Shown: piece by piece, positions 47,447 through 58,939 of the stretch | How the letters are laid out: each line of letters opens with the position of its first letter | Position numbering within the stretch: position 1 is the first letter of the stretch | From: Saprospiraceae bacterium | GTDB taxonomy: Bacteria; Bacteroidota; Bacteroidia; Chitinophagales; Saprospiraceae | Reading direction: 5' to 3' | DNA: 64,000 nucleotides | Assembly: GCA_033764075.1 (NCBI GenBank) | Contig: JANRJH010000019.1 | Coordinates: forward strand, 34,541 to 98,540 | Made by a program: the position numbers and the translations under genes | Notes under the pieces: generated by a model | Seen by the model: only the letters and a program-made list of their open reading frames with translations | What the model was told of the DNA's origin: nothing | Database searches by the model: none

Positions 47447-48922
47447 TCATACGCCTTCGTTCAGCATCCGGATTCCTGCCAGCACCGCCAGTCGCTCCGC
47501 TTCTTTTTCCACCTCCACAGGCGCCGCCGCGCGCGCCTCACAATCGGCGATGGAGCAGGTTTCGCAGGTGGTGTGCACGGTTTTGACGGGCATCAGAGGG
47601 TCATCGACAAAACGGAAGTGGCGTCTCAGGGTGTCGTTGAGCAACAGGCCGAGGGTAACGCTGACGCCGTTGCGCCGGCCGGCGCCGTCCATTTTGGCCA
47701 TGCTGATGCACAGGTAAGTGTTGGGCGATTGCCAGTACCGGCTCAGCTGGGCGCCGGCCACCACGTCGCTTGCGCCCGTGCTGCCCAACTGACGCAATAT
47801 GTTGATGGATATCCACCGACGGCAGTAGTGCTCGCCGCGCTCGGAGGAGTGCGGGCTCTGGTGGCCGCTGAGGTGCAGCTCCTTGGTCATCACATAGTCG
47901 TCCAGCGCCTCATCGCCTTGCATGCGGATGAAAAACAGGTCTTTGACGCCCAGCTGCCGGGGCAGGATGTTGGTCAGGCGCTGCATCAGCATCTCCGCTG
48001 TGGCGTCGTACCGACCGAGCAACGCCAGCCAGTCTTCCGGCGCCCAGCGCGTGCCGGCAGCGCAAAGGCGCACATCAGCCGCCAGGCGGAGCGCGTCCAT
48101 CAGCAGGGCCGAGGCAAAATAGGAGGCCCTGAAGTTGCTGAGCAACACCATAAAACTGTCGGGATGAAGCAGGATCGTTTCGTATGGCCGCACCGCCGGT
48201 TTCAGGTGCTGAAACGCCAGCTCGCGCGCCAGTAAAAAATTTTCCTGGGCGGAGGAGAGGCCGGCGTTCAGGTAAAGTGTTCGCGTCGTGTCAGAAAAGC
48301 AGGAACGCAGGACGCGCAACGCCGGAATAGACGCCATGCGCGTCCGGTCGACCCGGACCCCAAAGTGATCGGCCAGCACGCGTTCCAGGTCGCTCGTGCG
48401 CACGGGCAGGCGGGCGTCGAGGCCGTGTTGGATGCGAAAAGCCTGGGCCGACTGTTCCAGGTCTTCAAAATAGTTGTCGTGCATGTCCTGATAAGCCCGC
48501 AAAGCCACGAGGTACAGGTTCTCCTGCGTCAGGTGGTAGTTGCGGGCAATGCTCAGGATGACGCTCACAAAGGTGGTTACCTTCTCCGGCTCGTCCGACA
48601 GCAACTCAATGATCTTGGCCGGCTCCAGACCAAACATCTCCAACGGGTATGACCGAAAGAAATCGGACTCCAGCAAATCCACAATGGGCTGGAGCTTTTT
48701 GGATGCCTGGGGCGACACCAGATAGTCGTAGGTAGTACCCAGCGCCTCCGCCAGCACCAGGGTCTTGTCGGCCGAGGGCAGTTTTTTCCCCTTTTCGATG
48801 TCGTGCAAATACCCAACGCCCGTGCCCGTGCGCTCCGAGAGTTGCGAGAGGGTGAGCCCCGCCTGCTGGCGCAACAGCCGCACCTTGAGCCCGAAAATCA
48901 GGTTTAACGTCCTTTTTTGCAT
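47447..48922 (-). CDS. XRE-HTH regulator with ImmA/IrrE-like and DUF2083 domains (RamB/PrpR, short-chain fatty acyl-CoA regulator family)
   Basis: N-terminal HTH (LTLSQLSERTGTGVGYLHDIEKGKK), ~490 aa, and a C-terminal Cys cluster CETCSIADC. It is divergent from aceBA. Confidence 0.75.
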   Translation of the reverse strand: MQKRTLNLIFGLKVRLLRQQAGLTLSQLSERTGTGVGYLHDIEKGKKLPSADKTLVLAEALGTTYDYLVSPQASKKLQPIVDLLESDFFRSYPLEMFGLEPAKIIELLSDEPEKVTTFVSVILSIARNYHLTQENLYLVALRAYQDMHDNYFEDLEQSAQAFRIQHGLDARLPVRTSDLERVLADHFGVRVDRTRMASIPALRVLRSCFSDTTRTLYLNAGLSSAQENFLLARELAFQHLKPAVRPYETILLHPDSFMVLLSNFRASYFASALLMDALRLAADVRLCAAGTRWAPEDWLALLGRYDATAEMLMQRLTNILPRQLGVKDLFFIRMQGDEALDDYVMTKELHLSGHQSPHSSERGEHYCRRWISINILRQLGSTGASDVVAGAQLSRYWQSPNTYLCISMAKMDGAGRRNGVSVTLGLLLNDTLRRHFRFVDDPLMPVKTVHTTCETCSIADCEARAAAPVEVEKEAERLAVLAGIRMLNEGV

Positions 48923-48929
48923 ACAAAAG

Positions 48930-49032
48930 CAAATGTAAGCGCCTTGTTTAAAAAAAGAAAAAATTTTTTTCAGAGAAATTTTCTCTTTTTAAAAAAAGTG
49001 CTTACATTTGTGCTATTAAAGAAATTTTCTCT
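48930..49032. promoter_or_regulatory. Divergent ramB-like/aceB control region with mirrored TACATTTG -7 boxes and two GAAATTTTCTCT boxes
   Basis: TACATTTG occurs on the minus strand at 48930-48937 and on the plus strand at 49003-49010. GAAATTTTCTCT occurs at 48975-48986 and 49021-49032. Confidence 0.45.
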
Positions 49033-49053
49033 GAAAGAGTAAATATTTAAAAG

Positions 49054-50730
<1,677 letters not shown>

Positions 50731-50743
50731 AATTCAACACACC

Positions 50744-52027
50744 ATGCAAAACAACATCACCAAAAATGCCATAGCGCTCACGGAGCAATGGCGCACCGGC
50801 CTCCGTTGGGCCGGCATTCAACGTCCGTACTCCGCTGAAGAAGTGCTTCGGTTGCGCGGCGCCGTCACCATCGAATACACCCTGGCCCGCCTGGGCGCCG
50901 AAAAACTGTGGCGCATGCTGGCAGAAAAACCCTTTGTCGGTGCGCTGGGTGCGCTCACCGGAAACCAGGCGGTGCAGGAAGTGGCGGCGGGGCTGGATGC
51001 CATTTACCTGAGTGGATGGCAGGTAGCGGCAGACGCCAACCTGGCCGGACAAATGTACCCCGACCAGTCGCTCTACCCCGCCAACTCGGTGCCGTCGGTG
51101 GTGCGCCGCATCAACAATGCATTGTTGCGCCGGGAGCAAATCCGGTCGGTGAACGGTGAGGCGTACCGCGACTGGCTGGCGCCCATCGTGGCCGACGCCG
51201 AGGCCGGTTTCGGCGGAAACCTGAATGCTTTTGAGCTGATGAAAGACATGATTGAGGCCGGCGCTGCCGGTGTGCATTTTGAAGACCAGCTCTCCTCGGC
51301 CAAAAAATGCGGCCACCTGGGCGGCAAGGTGCTGGTGCCCACCCGCGAAGCGGTAGACAAGCTCGTGGCCGCCCGCCTGGCCGCCGATGTACTGGGCGTA
51401 CCCACCGTGCTCATTGCGCGCACCGACGCGGAAGCCGCCAACCTCATCACCTCCGATGTGGATGAGCGCGACCAGCCGTTTATCACCGATTCCCGGCGGA
51501 CATCAGAGGGGTTCTACTATTTCCGCAATGGCCTTGAGGCATGCATCAACCGCGCGGTGTCGTATGCGCCCTATTGCGACCTGATCTGGATGGAAACGTC
51601 GCACCCAGACCTCGGCCTGGCCCGCGAATTTGCTGCCGGCGTGCACGAGGTGTATCCGGGCAAAAAACTGGCTTACAATTGCTCACCCTCGTTCAACTGG
51701 GCCTCGCACATGAGCGCCGGGCAGATGGAAACGTTCCGGGAACAGCTGGCCGATCTGGGCTATGCATTCCAGTTCATCACCCTGGCGGGCTTCCATGCAC
51801 TCAACACGAGCATGTTCGAGCTGTCGCTGGCCTATCGCGAGCGCGGCATGGCCGGTTTCTCCGAACTGCAGCAGCGGGAGTTTGCGCTGCAGAGCAAAGG
51901 GTTTACCGCGGTGAAGCACCAGGCTTTTGTAGGCACCGGATACTTCGATTTTGTGCAAAATACGGTGCAGCAGGGGTTGTCTTCCACCGTTGCGCTGGTG
52001 GGAAGCACGGAAGTCGAGCAGTTTTGA
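50744..52027 (+). CDS. aceA: Isocitrate lyase
   Basis: KKCGHLGGK active-site signature; 427 aa. Confidence 0.95.
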   Translation: MQNNITKNAIALTEQWRTGLRWAGIQRPYSAEEVLRLRGAVTIEYTLARLGAEKLWRMLAEKPFVGALGALTGNQAVQEVAAGLDAIYLSGWQVAADANLAGQMYPDQSLYPANSVPSVVRRINNALLRREQIRSVNGEAYRDWLAPIVADAEAGFGGNLNAFELMKDMIEAGAAGVHFEDQLSSAKKCGHLGGKVLVPTREAVDKLVAARLAADVLGVPTVLIARTDAEAANLITSDVDERDQPFITDSRRTSEGFYYFRNGLEACINRAVSYAPYCDLIWMETSHPDLGLAREFAAGVHEVYPGKKLAYNCSPSFNWASHMSAGQMETFREQLADLGYAFQFITLAGFHALNTSMFELSLAYRERGMAGFSELQQREFALQSKGFTAVKHQAFVGTGYFDFVQNTVQQGLSSTVALVGSTEVEQF

Positions 52028-52063
52028 TAGCGTTTGGGCGCCCTGTATGCCCCAAAAAACCAC

Positions 52064-52993
52064 CTACTTTTTTAAAAATCGAATATTCTTTTTCAACCCT
52101 TCATACTTAATGCGTTTGACCGCCGATTTTTTAAATACCCTGCCGAACACCTCCTCCGTGATGTCTTCCCAGTCGCGGCGCGTCAGGTGCAGGAGGTCCG
52201 GGTGGGGCGCAAAAGCGGGTTTCTGGTGCCTTTTGGCAAAGCGGTTCCAGGGGCACACGTCCTGGCAGATGTCGCAACCGAACATCCTGTTTTCCATTTT
52301 TCCCTGAAATTCGACCGGGATTTCGTCGCGCAGTTCAATGGTCAGGTACGAAATGCAGCGATCGGCATGTAGCCAGTAGCCGCTGTCGCTGATGGCGTTG
52401 GTGGGGCAGGCGTCGATGCAGCGGCGGCAGGTGCCGCAGTGGTCGCGAATGGGGTCGTCGTACACCATGTCGAGGTCGCAGATGATTTCTGCGAGGAAAA
52501 AGAAAGAGCCTTGTTGGGGGTGAATGGTGAGGGTATGCCGGCCATTCCAGCCGAGGCCGGCGCGTTCGGCCCATTCGCGCTCCATGACGGGTGCGCTGTC
52601 GACAAAACACCGGCCGGTGAAGTCGCCAAATTGGGCCTGCATGGCCTGGAGCAGGGTTTTCAGGTGGCGTTTGACGACGAAGTGGTAGTCTTCGCCGTAG
52701 GCGTACCGGCTGATGCGCGGTGCATCGGGGTCGTTTTGTGCGTCGGGATTGAAATAGTTAAAGGCGAAGCAGATGACGGTTTTTGCGCCGGGGACCAGTT
52801 TTGTCGGGTCAATGCGAAGGTCGAAGTAGTTTTCCATCCAGGCCATTCGCCCGTGTGCGCCTTGGTTCAGCCAGGCCTCCAGCCGGCGCGCGGGCTGTTC
52901 CAGGCGTTCGGCGCGGGCGAACCCCACGAAGGAGAAGCCCAGGCGTTCGGCTTCTGCCCGAACCCAGTCGGTTCGGTGTTGCCGGTTGTTCAT
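52064..52993 (-). CDS. queG: tRNA epoxyqueuosine(34) reductase
   Basis: Two 4Fe-4S ferredoxin motifs (CGTCRRCIDACP, CDICQDVCP) and the QueG architecture. Confidence 0.9.
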   Translation of the reverse strand: MNNRQHRTDWVRAEAERLGFSFVGFARAERLEQPARRLEAWLNQGAHGRMAWMENYFDLRIDPTKLVPGAKTVICFAFNYFNPDAQNDPDAPRISRYAYGEDYHFVVKRHLKTLLQAMQAQFGDFTGRCFVDSAPVMEREWAERAGLGWNGRHTLTIHPQQGSFFFLAEIICDLDMVYDDPIRDHCGTCRRCIDACPTNAISDSGYWLHADRCISYLTIELRDEIPVEFQGKMENRMFGCDICQDVCPWNRFAKRHQKPAFAPHPDLLHLTRRDWEDITEEVFGRVFKKSAVKRIKYEGLKKNIRFLKK

Positions 52994-53011
52994 GGCGGGA
53001 AAGGGGCGGCG

Positions 53012-53476
53012 TTACATTTCGGAATCGTCGGCAATGTCGTCGTCGGCTTCCAAACGACGGGTGACGATGATGTGGTCGCTGCCTTCATCGTCCATATCGT
53101 CGAGGTCATCATCGTCATCTGTGTCGGCATCCATGTCCTCGTCCACCAACGCTTCTTCCTCCTTGAAGTTTCCGCGCAGCACGCCATCGTCGTCGTAGTC
53201 TTCGTCTTCCTTGACGATGCGTTTGGCTTCCTGAACCGTCATGCGGATGAGGTAGTAGATGTCGTCGGTTTCGAAGGGAAGTGCAGACACTTTTTTGCCC
53301 TCTTTATCCAGGTAGGACACCAGAAAGTTGGCGAAACCGGTGGGGTATTTCAGTTTCACTTCCCGAATGATCTCTTCGGGCAGGGCATCATAGTCTTTTA
53401 CCAGGCGCTTTTTGGTCAAGTGAACGGGTATTTGGATTTTGCGAAATGCCGGGTTGCCGGCGTTGCCTATGGCCAC
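53012..53476 (-). CDS. Hypothetical protein with a highly acidic C-terminal tail
   Basis: 154-aa ORF with a GTG start and a D/E-rich tail. No family assigned. Confidence 0.5.
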   Translation of the reverse strand: MAIGNAGNPAFRKIQIPVHLTKKRLVKDYDALPEEIIREVKLKYPTGFANFLVSYLDKEGKKVSALPFETDDIYYLIRMTVQEAKRIVKEDEDYDDDGVLRGNFKEEEALVDEDMDADTDDDDDLDDMDDEGSDHIIVTRRLEADDDIADDSEM

Positions 53477-53574
53477 AAATTTATGGGATTACCGATCAGA
53501 ACAACAAATATTTTTGTCCGTGCCGGAAAGAACTTTGTGATTGTGTTTGAAAGGTTGGGGTTTCGGGCCCCGGG

Positions 53575-55602
53575 TCATTCCATGCGCTTCACGCTAACGA
53601 TCTCCACCCGTCTTTCCCGCGCGGCGGCCGGATGGTACACGGAGTTGCGGCGGTCGGCGATGTCGTCGCTGATTCCTTTGGCGGCTTTGGTCTCGCCGAA
53701 GCTGGTTTCCGCGATCCGGAGGGCTTTGTCGTCCAGAAATTTTTTGAACACGCCATTGTCGTACGCCTGGAAGTAGTTGATGACGCTGCTCACGCGCCGT
53801 TGTCCGAGGCTGAGGTTATAGTCGCTCTGGGCGCGCGGGCTGGTGTATCCCATCACAAGCACTTCCACCCGTTCGCCGGATTGGAGTTTTTCGAGCAACA
53901 GGGCGGCGAACTGGGTGAGGCGTTCGTACCCGGCGCGGATTTCCTCTTCAAAAAAAGCGTCAATGGCTGCTTCGGCGTCTTCCTTGCGCGCTTCGGGCAA
54001 GCCGTTGGCGAAGTTCTGTTTGTATTCCGCCTGGCGCTCCAGGTAGCGCAGCACGGTCTCTTCGTAATTTTTTCGGGTGGATGTGCGCCGGGTGCGTGGG
54101 TCGGGCTCGTCGTTATCGAAGTAAAGGGGCAGGCCGACAAAGTCTTCGAGCCCGGGCTGCTCCGGCGGCGGTGGCACGGTGGGCAGGGTGTCGGTGGGCG
54201 GAACGGGTTCCGGAGTGGTCAGGGTGTCTTTGGGGGGAGGCGGTGGGGGCCAGTTCACCTCAAACAGATCGTTGCAGCAGGCTTTATTTTGCGGATCGAG
54301 GTAGTAGGCCCCGGGGCGGTTGCTGCTGAGTACGCCTTTGAGGCCATCCGGCCGGAGGAAATAGTACAGGTCGTTGTAGCTGGTGTTGACACCGGGGCCC
54401 AGGTTGTAGACCTCCGACCAGCTGTTGTCCGGTTTTTTTTCGGTGGCGTATACGTCGTAAGCACCGAAGCCCCGGCGTGCGTCGGAGCTGAAATAGAGGG
54501 TCTGGGTAGGATCGTGGAAAAAGGGGGTGCCGTCGTTGCCGGGCGTATTCAATTCAGAGGCGGGTGCGGGCGGGATGTCGAACTGGGGGTGAAAAGCCGC
54601 CTTGCGGGCGTCGAGCGGGCGGTTGCAGGGGCAGAACCACAGGGTGTCGAGGGGCACGTACCACAGATCGAGTCCTCCCTGGCCACCGGGCCGGTCGCTG
54701 GCAAACCAGAGCACGGGCGCCTGCAACAGGGAGTCGTACCCGATGGCCGGCTGGGTGCTGGTGTACCCGGGCAGGTTAATGGGTTCGGGCAGTCGCAGGG
54801 GTTTGATCCAGCGGTTGTTGCGATCAAGCACGGTGAGCCAGAGGTCGCAGCGGATGGCGCCGTTGTCGGCCGGTTTGCATTGGTTGAAGACGAGGAACGT
54901 GCCGTCGGCATAAAAGGCGGTGTGCGCGAAATGCGCGGTGTCGGCATCCGGGAAGCTGCGACCCGGCGGGCGGCTCCGCGCGCCGGGGAGCGCGCGCATC
55001 AGGCGGGTTGTTTTCTGGGACGGAGCGGAGCGGGTGCGCTTGGTGTCGAAGCGGTAGGAACTGTAATACAGGGTGTCGCCCAACAGGGCCGGCCCGAAAT
55101 CACTGTATTCGCTGTTGATCTTTTTGTCGAGGTGAACGATTTGCGGCTGCCTGCCGACGGCGGTCTGCTCCAGCGCCCAGCGGCAGTCGTCGCGCTCCTG
55201 TTGGGCCTCGGCAGCGTATGTGGCGGGTGCGGCGGCAGCGAGATAAACATCGTACAGGGAGACGGCCTCCTCGTACTTCCCCTGCATGCGCCGGATTTGC
55301 GCCATCCGGAAGGGCGCTGCCGGGAATTTTCGGTGTTCAGGGTCTGCGGCCAACACTTTCTGGTATCCCTTTTCAGCCGCTTCCAGGGCAAAGTACAGCC
55401 GCGCGTTTTCCGCGTATTTCCACCACAGTCCGGTATCGTCTTTTTTTCGCTCCAGCACGGCGGCATAGTACTGCATGGCCGCATGGTAATCGCGCCGCTG
55501 CATGGCCTCGTCGGCGGCCCGTTCGTAACTCCTGAGCGACTGGCCGGCAGCAGCAGTGCACACCAGCACGCCCGACAGGATGATGAAGTAAATGCGCATC
55601 AT
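53575..55602 (-). CDS. OmpA-family protein with TPR and PD40-like repeats
   Basis: Signal peptide at ATG 55602, TPR region, GGxGGLDLW repeats and an OmpA-like C-terminus (RRVEI). It is directly downstream of PorP/SprF. Confidence 0.8.
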   Translation of the reverse strand: MMRIYFIILSGVLVCTAAAGQSLRSYERAADEAMQRRDYHAAMQYYAAVLERKKDDTGLWWKYAENARLYFALEAAEKGYQKVLAADPEHRKFPAAPFRMAQIRRMQGKYEEAVSLYDVYLAAAAPATYAAEAQQERDDCRWALEQTAVGRQPQIVHLDKKINSEYSDFGPALLGDTLYYSSYRFDTKRTRSAPSQKTTRLMRALPGARSRPPGRSFPDADTAHFAHTAFYADGTFLVFNQCKPADNGAIRCDLWLTVLDRNNRWIKPLRLPEPINLPGYTSTQPAIGYDSLLQAPVLWFASDRPGGQGGLDLWYVPLDTLWFCPCNRPLDARKAAFHPQFDIPPAPASELNTPGNDGTPFFHDPTQTLYFSSDARRGFGAYDVYATEKKPDNSWSEVYNLGPGVNTSYNDLYYFLRPDGLKGVLSSNRPGAYYLDPQNKACCNDLFEVNWPPPPPPKDTLTTPEPVPPTDTLPTVPPPPEQPGLEDFVGLPLYFDNDEPDPRTRRTSTRKNYEETVLRYLERQAEYKQNFANGLPEARKEDAEAAIDAFFEEEIRAGYERLTQFAALLLEKLQSGERVEVLVMGYTSPRAQSDYNLSLGQRRVSSVINYFQAYDNGVFKKFLDDKALRIAETSFGETKAAKGISDDIADRRNSVYHPAAARERRVEIVSVKRME

Positions 55603-55693
55603 GTTATTTCCGACGCCCAACCGGCATCGGTACCAACAAGGAACGTAATAAAAATGGTTTTTAGCGTTTATGAGGTGCATTTTGGTCTATTCT

Positions 55694-56707
55694 CTAGAAA
55701 ATGGGGCACGCCTTGGCGGTTTTGACCGGCGGTACGGGCAGGGGGGAGTAGACTACCGCGAGTTCGAAGCCCCCGCGCTGGTGGGTGGCGACGTCGAAGC
55801 CGGAAATGTTCACATCGTATGAGAAGCCCACCGTCCAGTCGTTCCGCTCCACCTGAATGGCCGGAATAAGCGCGTCTCCGGGCCGGATGCCCAGGGTGAG
55901 CTGGAGGGCGGTGTGGTTGGCTACGCCGGAGGTGAGTATCCGGCGGGCGCCGGCGCCGGCCAGGGTCTCCCCCGCGCTTTCCATGCGCTGCCAGAGCCCG
56001 TAAAATACCAGGTCGGTGGCGTCGCCGATTTGCCAGGCGCCGAAGCCGTTCGCCACCCATCGGGTGGGCAGTTGGTAGGGGTCGTTTTCGTCGAACGACA
56101 AGGCGGGTTGGTTCAGGTGGGCGCCGGCGGCGCCCAGGTCAATGCGTGTGCGGGTTCCCTGCGGCTGGAAATGCCAGTTGAGTCCTGCGGACAGGGTCAG
56201 GTTGGCGCCGGTGGCGTCGGCCAGGAGCTCTTTGGTCGGCAGACCGGGCACGTACTGGGCGCCGTCCCACTGGTTTTTCACCCGCAGGCTGGAGAAGTCG
56301 AACGATCGCTGGATGGCGCCCAGGCCGGCGCCGACGCTCAGCGCCTGGGATGCACCCAGCGCCTGTGCGTAGGAACCGGTGATGCCCACCTGCGTCCATC
56401 GCAAACCGAGATCACCTGCCTGGTCGTGGGACAGGAAAAGCCCGCCTGCCGCCATGGCACGCGCTTTTTTCCACAGTTTTGCATCTGCGCCGGCGGAAAC
56501 GGTACGGTAGGCCACCGGCACACTCGACCACTGGTCGCGGTAGGCAGCCATGGCGCGCCAGGGGCCCACCATGACGCCGGTAAGCGCCGGGTTGATGGCC
56601 GGCGGTTGCATATAGGGTTGGGAGAAATGCAAGTCCTGCGCCGGCAGGGCCGACAGCCCCGTCAGCAAACAACAAAAAAACGGTAAAATCCTATGGAAAA
56701 GGAACAT
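55694..56707 (-). CDS. Type IX secretion system membrane protein PorP/SprF
   Basis: The QDLHFSQPYMQPPAINPALTG N-terminal signature after the signal peptide. The ATG is at 56707; the ORF-track start is TTG. Confidence 0.85.
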   Translation of the reverse strand: MFLFHRILPFFCCLLTGLSALPAQDLHFSQPYMQPPAINPALTGVMVGPWRAMAAYRDQWSSVPVAYRTVSAGADAKLWKKARAMAAGGLFLSHDQAGDLGLRWTQVGITGSYAQALGASQALSVGAGLGAIQRSFDFSSLRVKNQWDGAQYVPGLPTKELLADATGANLTLSAGLNWHFQPQGTRTRIDLGAAGAHLNQPALSFDENDPYQLPTRWVANGFGAWQIGDATDLVFYGLWQRMESAGETLAGAGARRILTSGVANHTALQLTLGIRPGDALIPAIQVERNDWTVGFSYDVNISGFDVATHQRGGFELAVVYSPLPVPPVKTAKACPIF

Positions 56708-56832
56708 GACCAAGACACAAAATCGTTTGAGGCTTAAATGTATGTTTTTTCCTGCGGGAAAAACAAATACATCGCGTCCTCAAACGAAAATGTGCCGACA
56801 GGCGTCATTTTGACGCCGGGGTGTTCAGCGGC

Positions 56833-57894
56833 TCAATACCGCAACAGGGCAGCCACTTTGGGCTCGAAGGTGCCGGCCGGAACGAAAAACACACTGCCCT
56901 GGTGGCCCAGGACGATTTCGATCAGGTCGTCCACGGCGTCTTCGACTTGCACCACCACTTCCGAGTCGGGCTCCTCCAGGAAGAGCTCGTGGTTGTGCAC
57001 ATAAGCGGGGCAGCGGTAGCCGCGTTCGACAACCAGCTGGTCGACCCGCCCTTCGCGGGCCAAAGGCCACACATTCACGATGCCGTGCGACGCTTTGTGC
57101 CGTCCTTCCGCCTCGGCGAGCTGGTCTTTTACGTTTTCGGCGCGGGCCACGCGGATGTCGTGCAGGATGGGCTCCAGGGCTTCGGCCAGCCTGGTTTCCT
57201 GTACCTGGTCGAAGGAGCCGTTCAGCCGTCCCTTAAGGTGTTCGCCGTGGTGGGTATGGTTGAAGAAGAAGTTCAGGGACTCTTCGTTGCCCCCCACGAT
57301 CACCGGCAATTTGCGGCGGTTGAGGTATTGGCCCAGGTTTTTGTCTACGTGTTGCAGGTACGTTTGGAAGGCATCGTGGTCGCCGTGCATCTTGTCGAAA
57401 GACCAGTCTGCTTCCACCGCCAGGTCTTCCAGTCCCTCGTGGTGTTTGGTGACATCCCACAGCTTGCGGCCCAGGCCGTAGTACAGGCGGCTGTCGTTGC
57501 GGCTCAGGGTGAGGAAAAAGTACTCGTCCAGCGAGCCCATGCCGTACACCAGGTCGCGCACCTCAAAGGAGGTGTCCACGATCACCTTGCGGTGCACGGG
57601 AAAGGGGAAATCCACCTTTTTGGCCACCTGGCCGCCGACGAAGAATCCGAGTCCTTCTTCACCGTGGGCGAAATCGACCCCTTCGGCCAGCGCGTGCAGG
57701 CGATCCATGAGGTCTTTTACCGCCCGTTTGTCCAGCCCTTTTTCTTCCAGCGCCATTTCCGCTTCCCGGAAGGCCCCTTTGAGGGTGGCGTCGGTCATTT
57801 TGTGGTCCTGAAATCCTTTTTCCGTAGGCAGCACGATCGAAACGCACCAGCCGTCGCCGGTGGTCCGCAGTTGATTGAATAGCGATTTGTACAT
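56833..57894 (-). CDS. aeRF1-like (bacterial baeRF-type) domain protein, function unknown
   Basis: 353 aa. N-terminal CVSIVLPT, mid-region LPVIVGGNEESL and C-terminal DAVDDLIE...AALLRY. These match my memory of baeRF family consensus features. No GGQ motif is seen. Confidence 0.45.
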   Translation of the reverse strand: MYKSLFNQLRTTGDGWCVSIVLPTEKGFQDHKMTDATLKGAFREAEMALEEKGLDKRAVKDLMDRLHALAEGVDFAHGEEGLGFFVGGQVAKKVDFPFPVHRKVIVDTSFEVRDLVYGMGSLDEYFFLTLSRNDSRLYYGLGRKLWDVTKHHEGLEDLAVEADWSFDKMHGDHDAFQTYLQHVDKNLGQYLNRRKLPVIVGGNEESLNFFFNHTHHGEHLKGRLNGSFDQVQETRLAEALEPILHDIRVARAENVKDQLAEAEGRHKASHGIVNVWPLAREGRVDQLVVERGYRCPAYVHNHELFLEEPDSEVVVQVEDAVDDLIEIVLGHQGSVFFVPAGTFEPKVAALLRY

Positions 57895-58053
57895 GACGTT
57901 GTGTTGTATTGTTTATTTACCGGGGTAAAAGTCCGTGCCGTCTCCGGGGTTTTCCATGACCCCGGTAGGCCGGGCGGTATGATTTGGGTCATCGTTTCGG
58001 CAATGGCCGGCGTGGTTTTCCGTTTTTGGATTATCATTGTCCAAAAAAATGCC

Positions 58054-58902
58054 ATGCGGCCTTTGTTTCTCCTGCTTCTTTTTCTGTTGATGACCGACAC
58101 GCCGACCCATGCGCAGACCGGCGCTTTCCGGGTCATGACCTGGAACATCCGTTTCGACAACCCTTCGGACGGCCCCGACGCGTGGCCGCTGCGCCGCGAG
58201 CGGGTGCTTGGGCTCATCCGCTTCCACGCACCCGATGTCTTCGGCATCCAGGAGGGCCTGGCCGCCCAGGTGGAATACCTGAAGTCCGAACTGCCCGAAT
58301 ATACCTGCGTGGGTGTCGGGCGCGACGACGGCAAGGCGGGCGGGGAGTTCAGCGCCCTGTTTTTCCGCCAGGACCGGTTCACGGCAACCCAAAGCGGCAC
58401 CTTCTGGCTCTCGCCGTCGCCGGAAAAACCCTCCAAAGGCTGGGATGCCGCCCTGAACCGCATCTGTACGTACGCGGTGCTGGCCGACCGGCAAACCGGC
58501 GGTCGGGTGTTCGTTTTCAACACCCATTTTGATCACGTGGGCGACACCGCCCGCCTGCGCTCGGCCCAATTGCTGGTGTCCAAAATGGCGGAGCTGAACC
58601 CGCAGGGTCACCCGGCGGTCATCATGGGCGACTTCAACGCCGCACCGGGCAGCCCGCCCATCCAGACCCTGGCTTCGGCCTGGTCCGATGCCCGGGTTGC
58701 CGGGCGGACACCCCCCTACGGCCCGGAAGGCACGTTTAATGGTTTTCGTCCGGCAGCCGAACCTTTGGGCAACCGCATCGACTATGTGTTTGTTCAGCAA
58801 TGCAGCGTGCAGCGGTATGCCGCGCTGAGCGACCAGTGGTTGGGCCGGTACCCGTCGGACCACCTGCCGGTGCTGGCCGATCTGTTGGCCGGACACCGTT
58901 AA
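58054..58902 (+). CDS. Endonuclease/exonuclease/phosphatase (EEP) family protein, secreted
   Basis: Signal peptide, VMTWNIRFD, FGIQE, GDFN and SDH motifs. Trimmed to ATG 58054. Confidence 0.85.
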   Translation: MRPLFLLLLFLLMTDTPTHAQTGAFRVMTWNIRFDNPSDGPDAWPLRRERVLGLIRFHAPDVFGIQEGLAAQVEYLKSELPEYTCVGVGRDDGKAGGEFSALFFRQDRFTATQSGTFWLSPSPEKPSKGWDAALNRICTYAVLADRQTGGRVFVFNTHFDHVGDTARLRSAQLLVSKMAELNPQGHPAVIMGDFNAAPGSPPIQTLASAWSDARVAGRTPPYGPEGTFNGFRPAAEPLGNRIDYVFVQQCSVQRYAALSDQWLGRYPSDHLPVLADLLAGHR

Positions 58903-58939
58903 TATGCATCCGGTTCAAACACCAACACACCACCCGACC

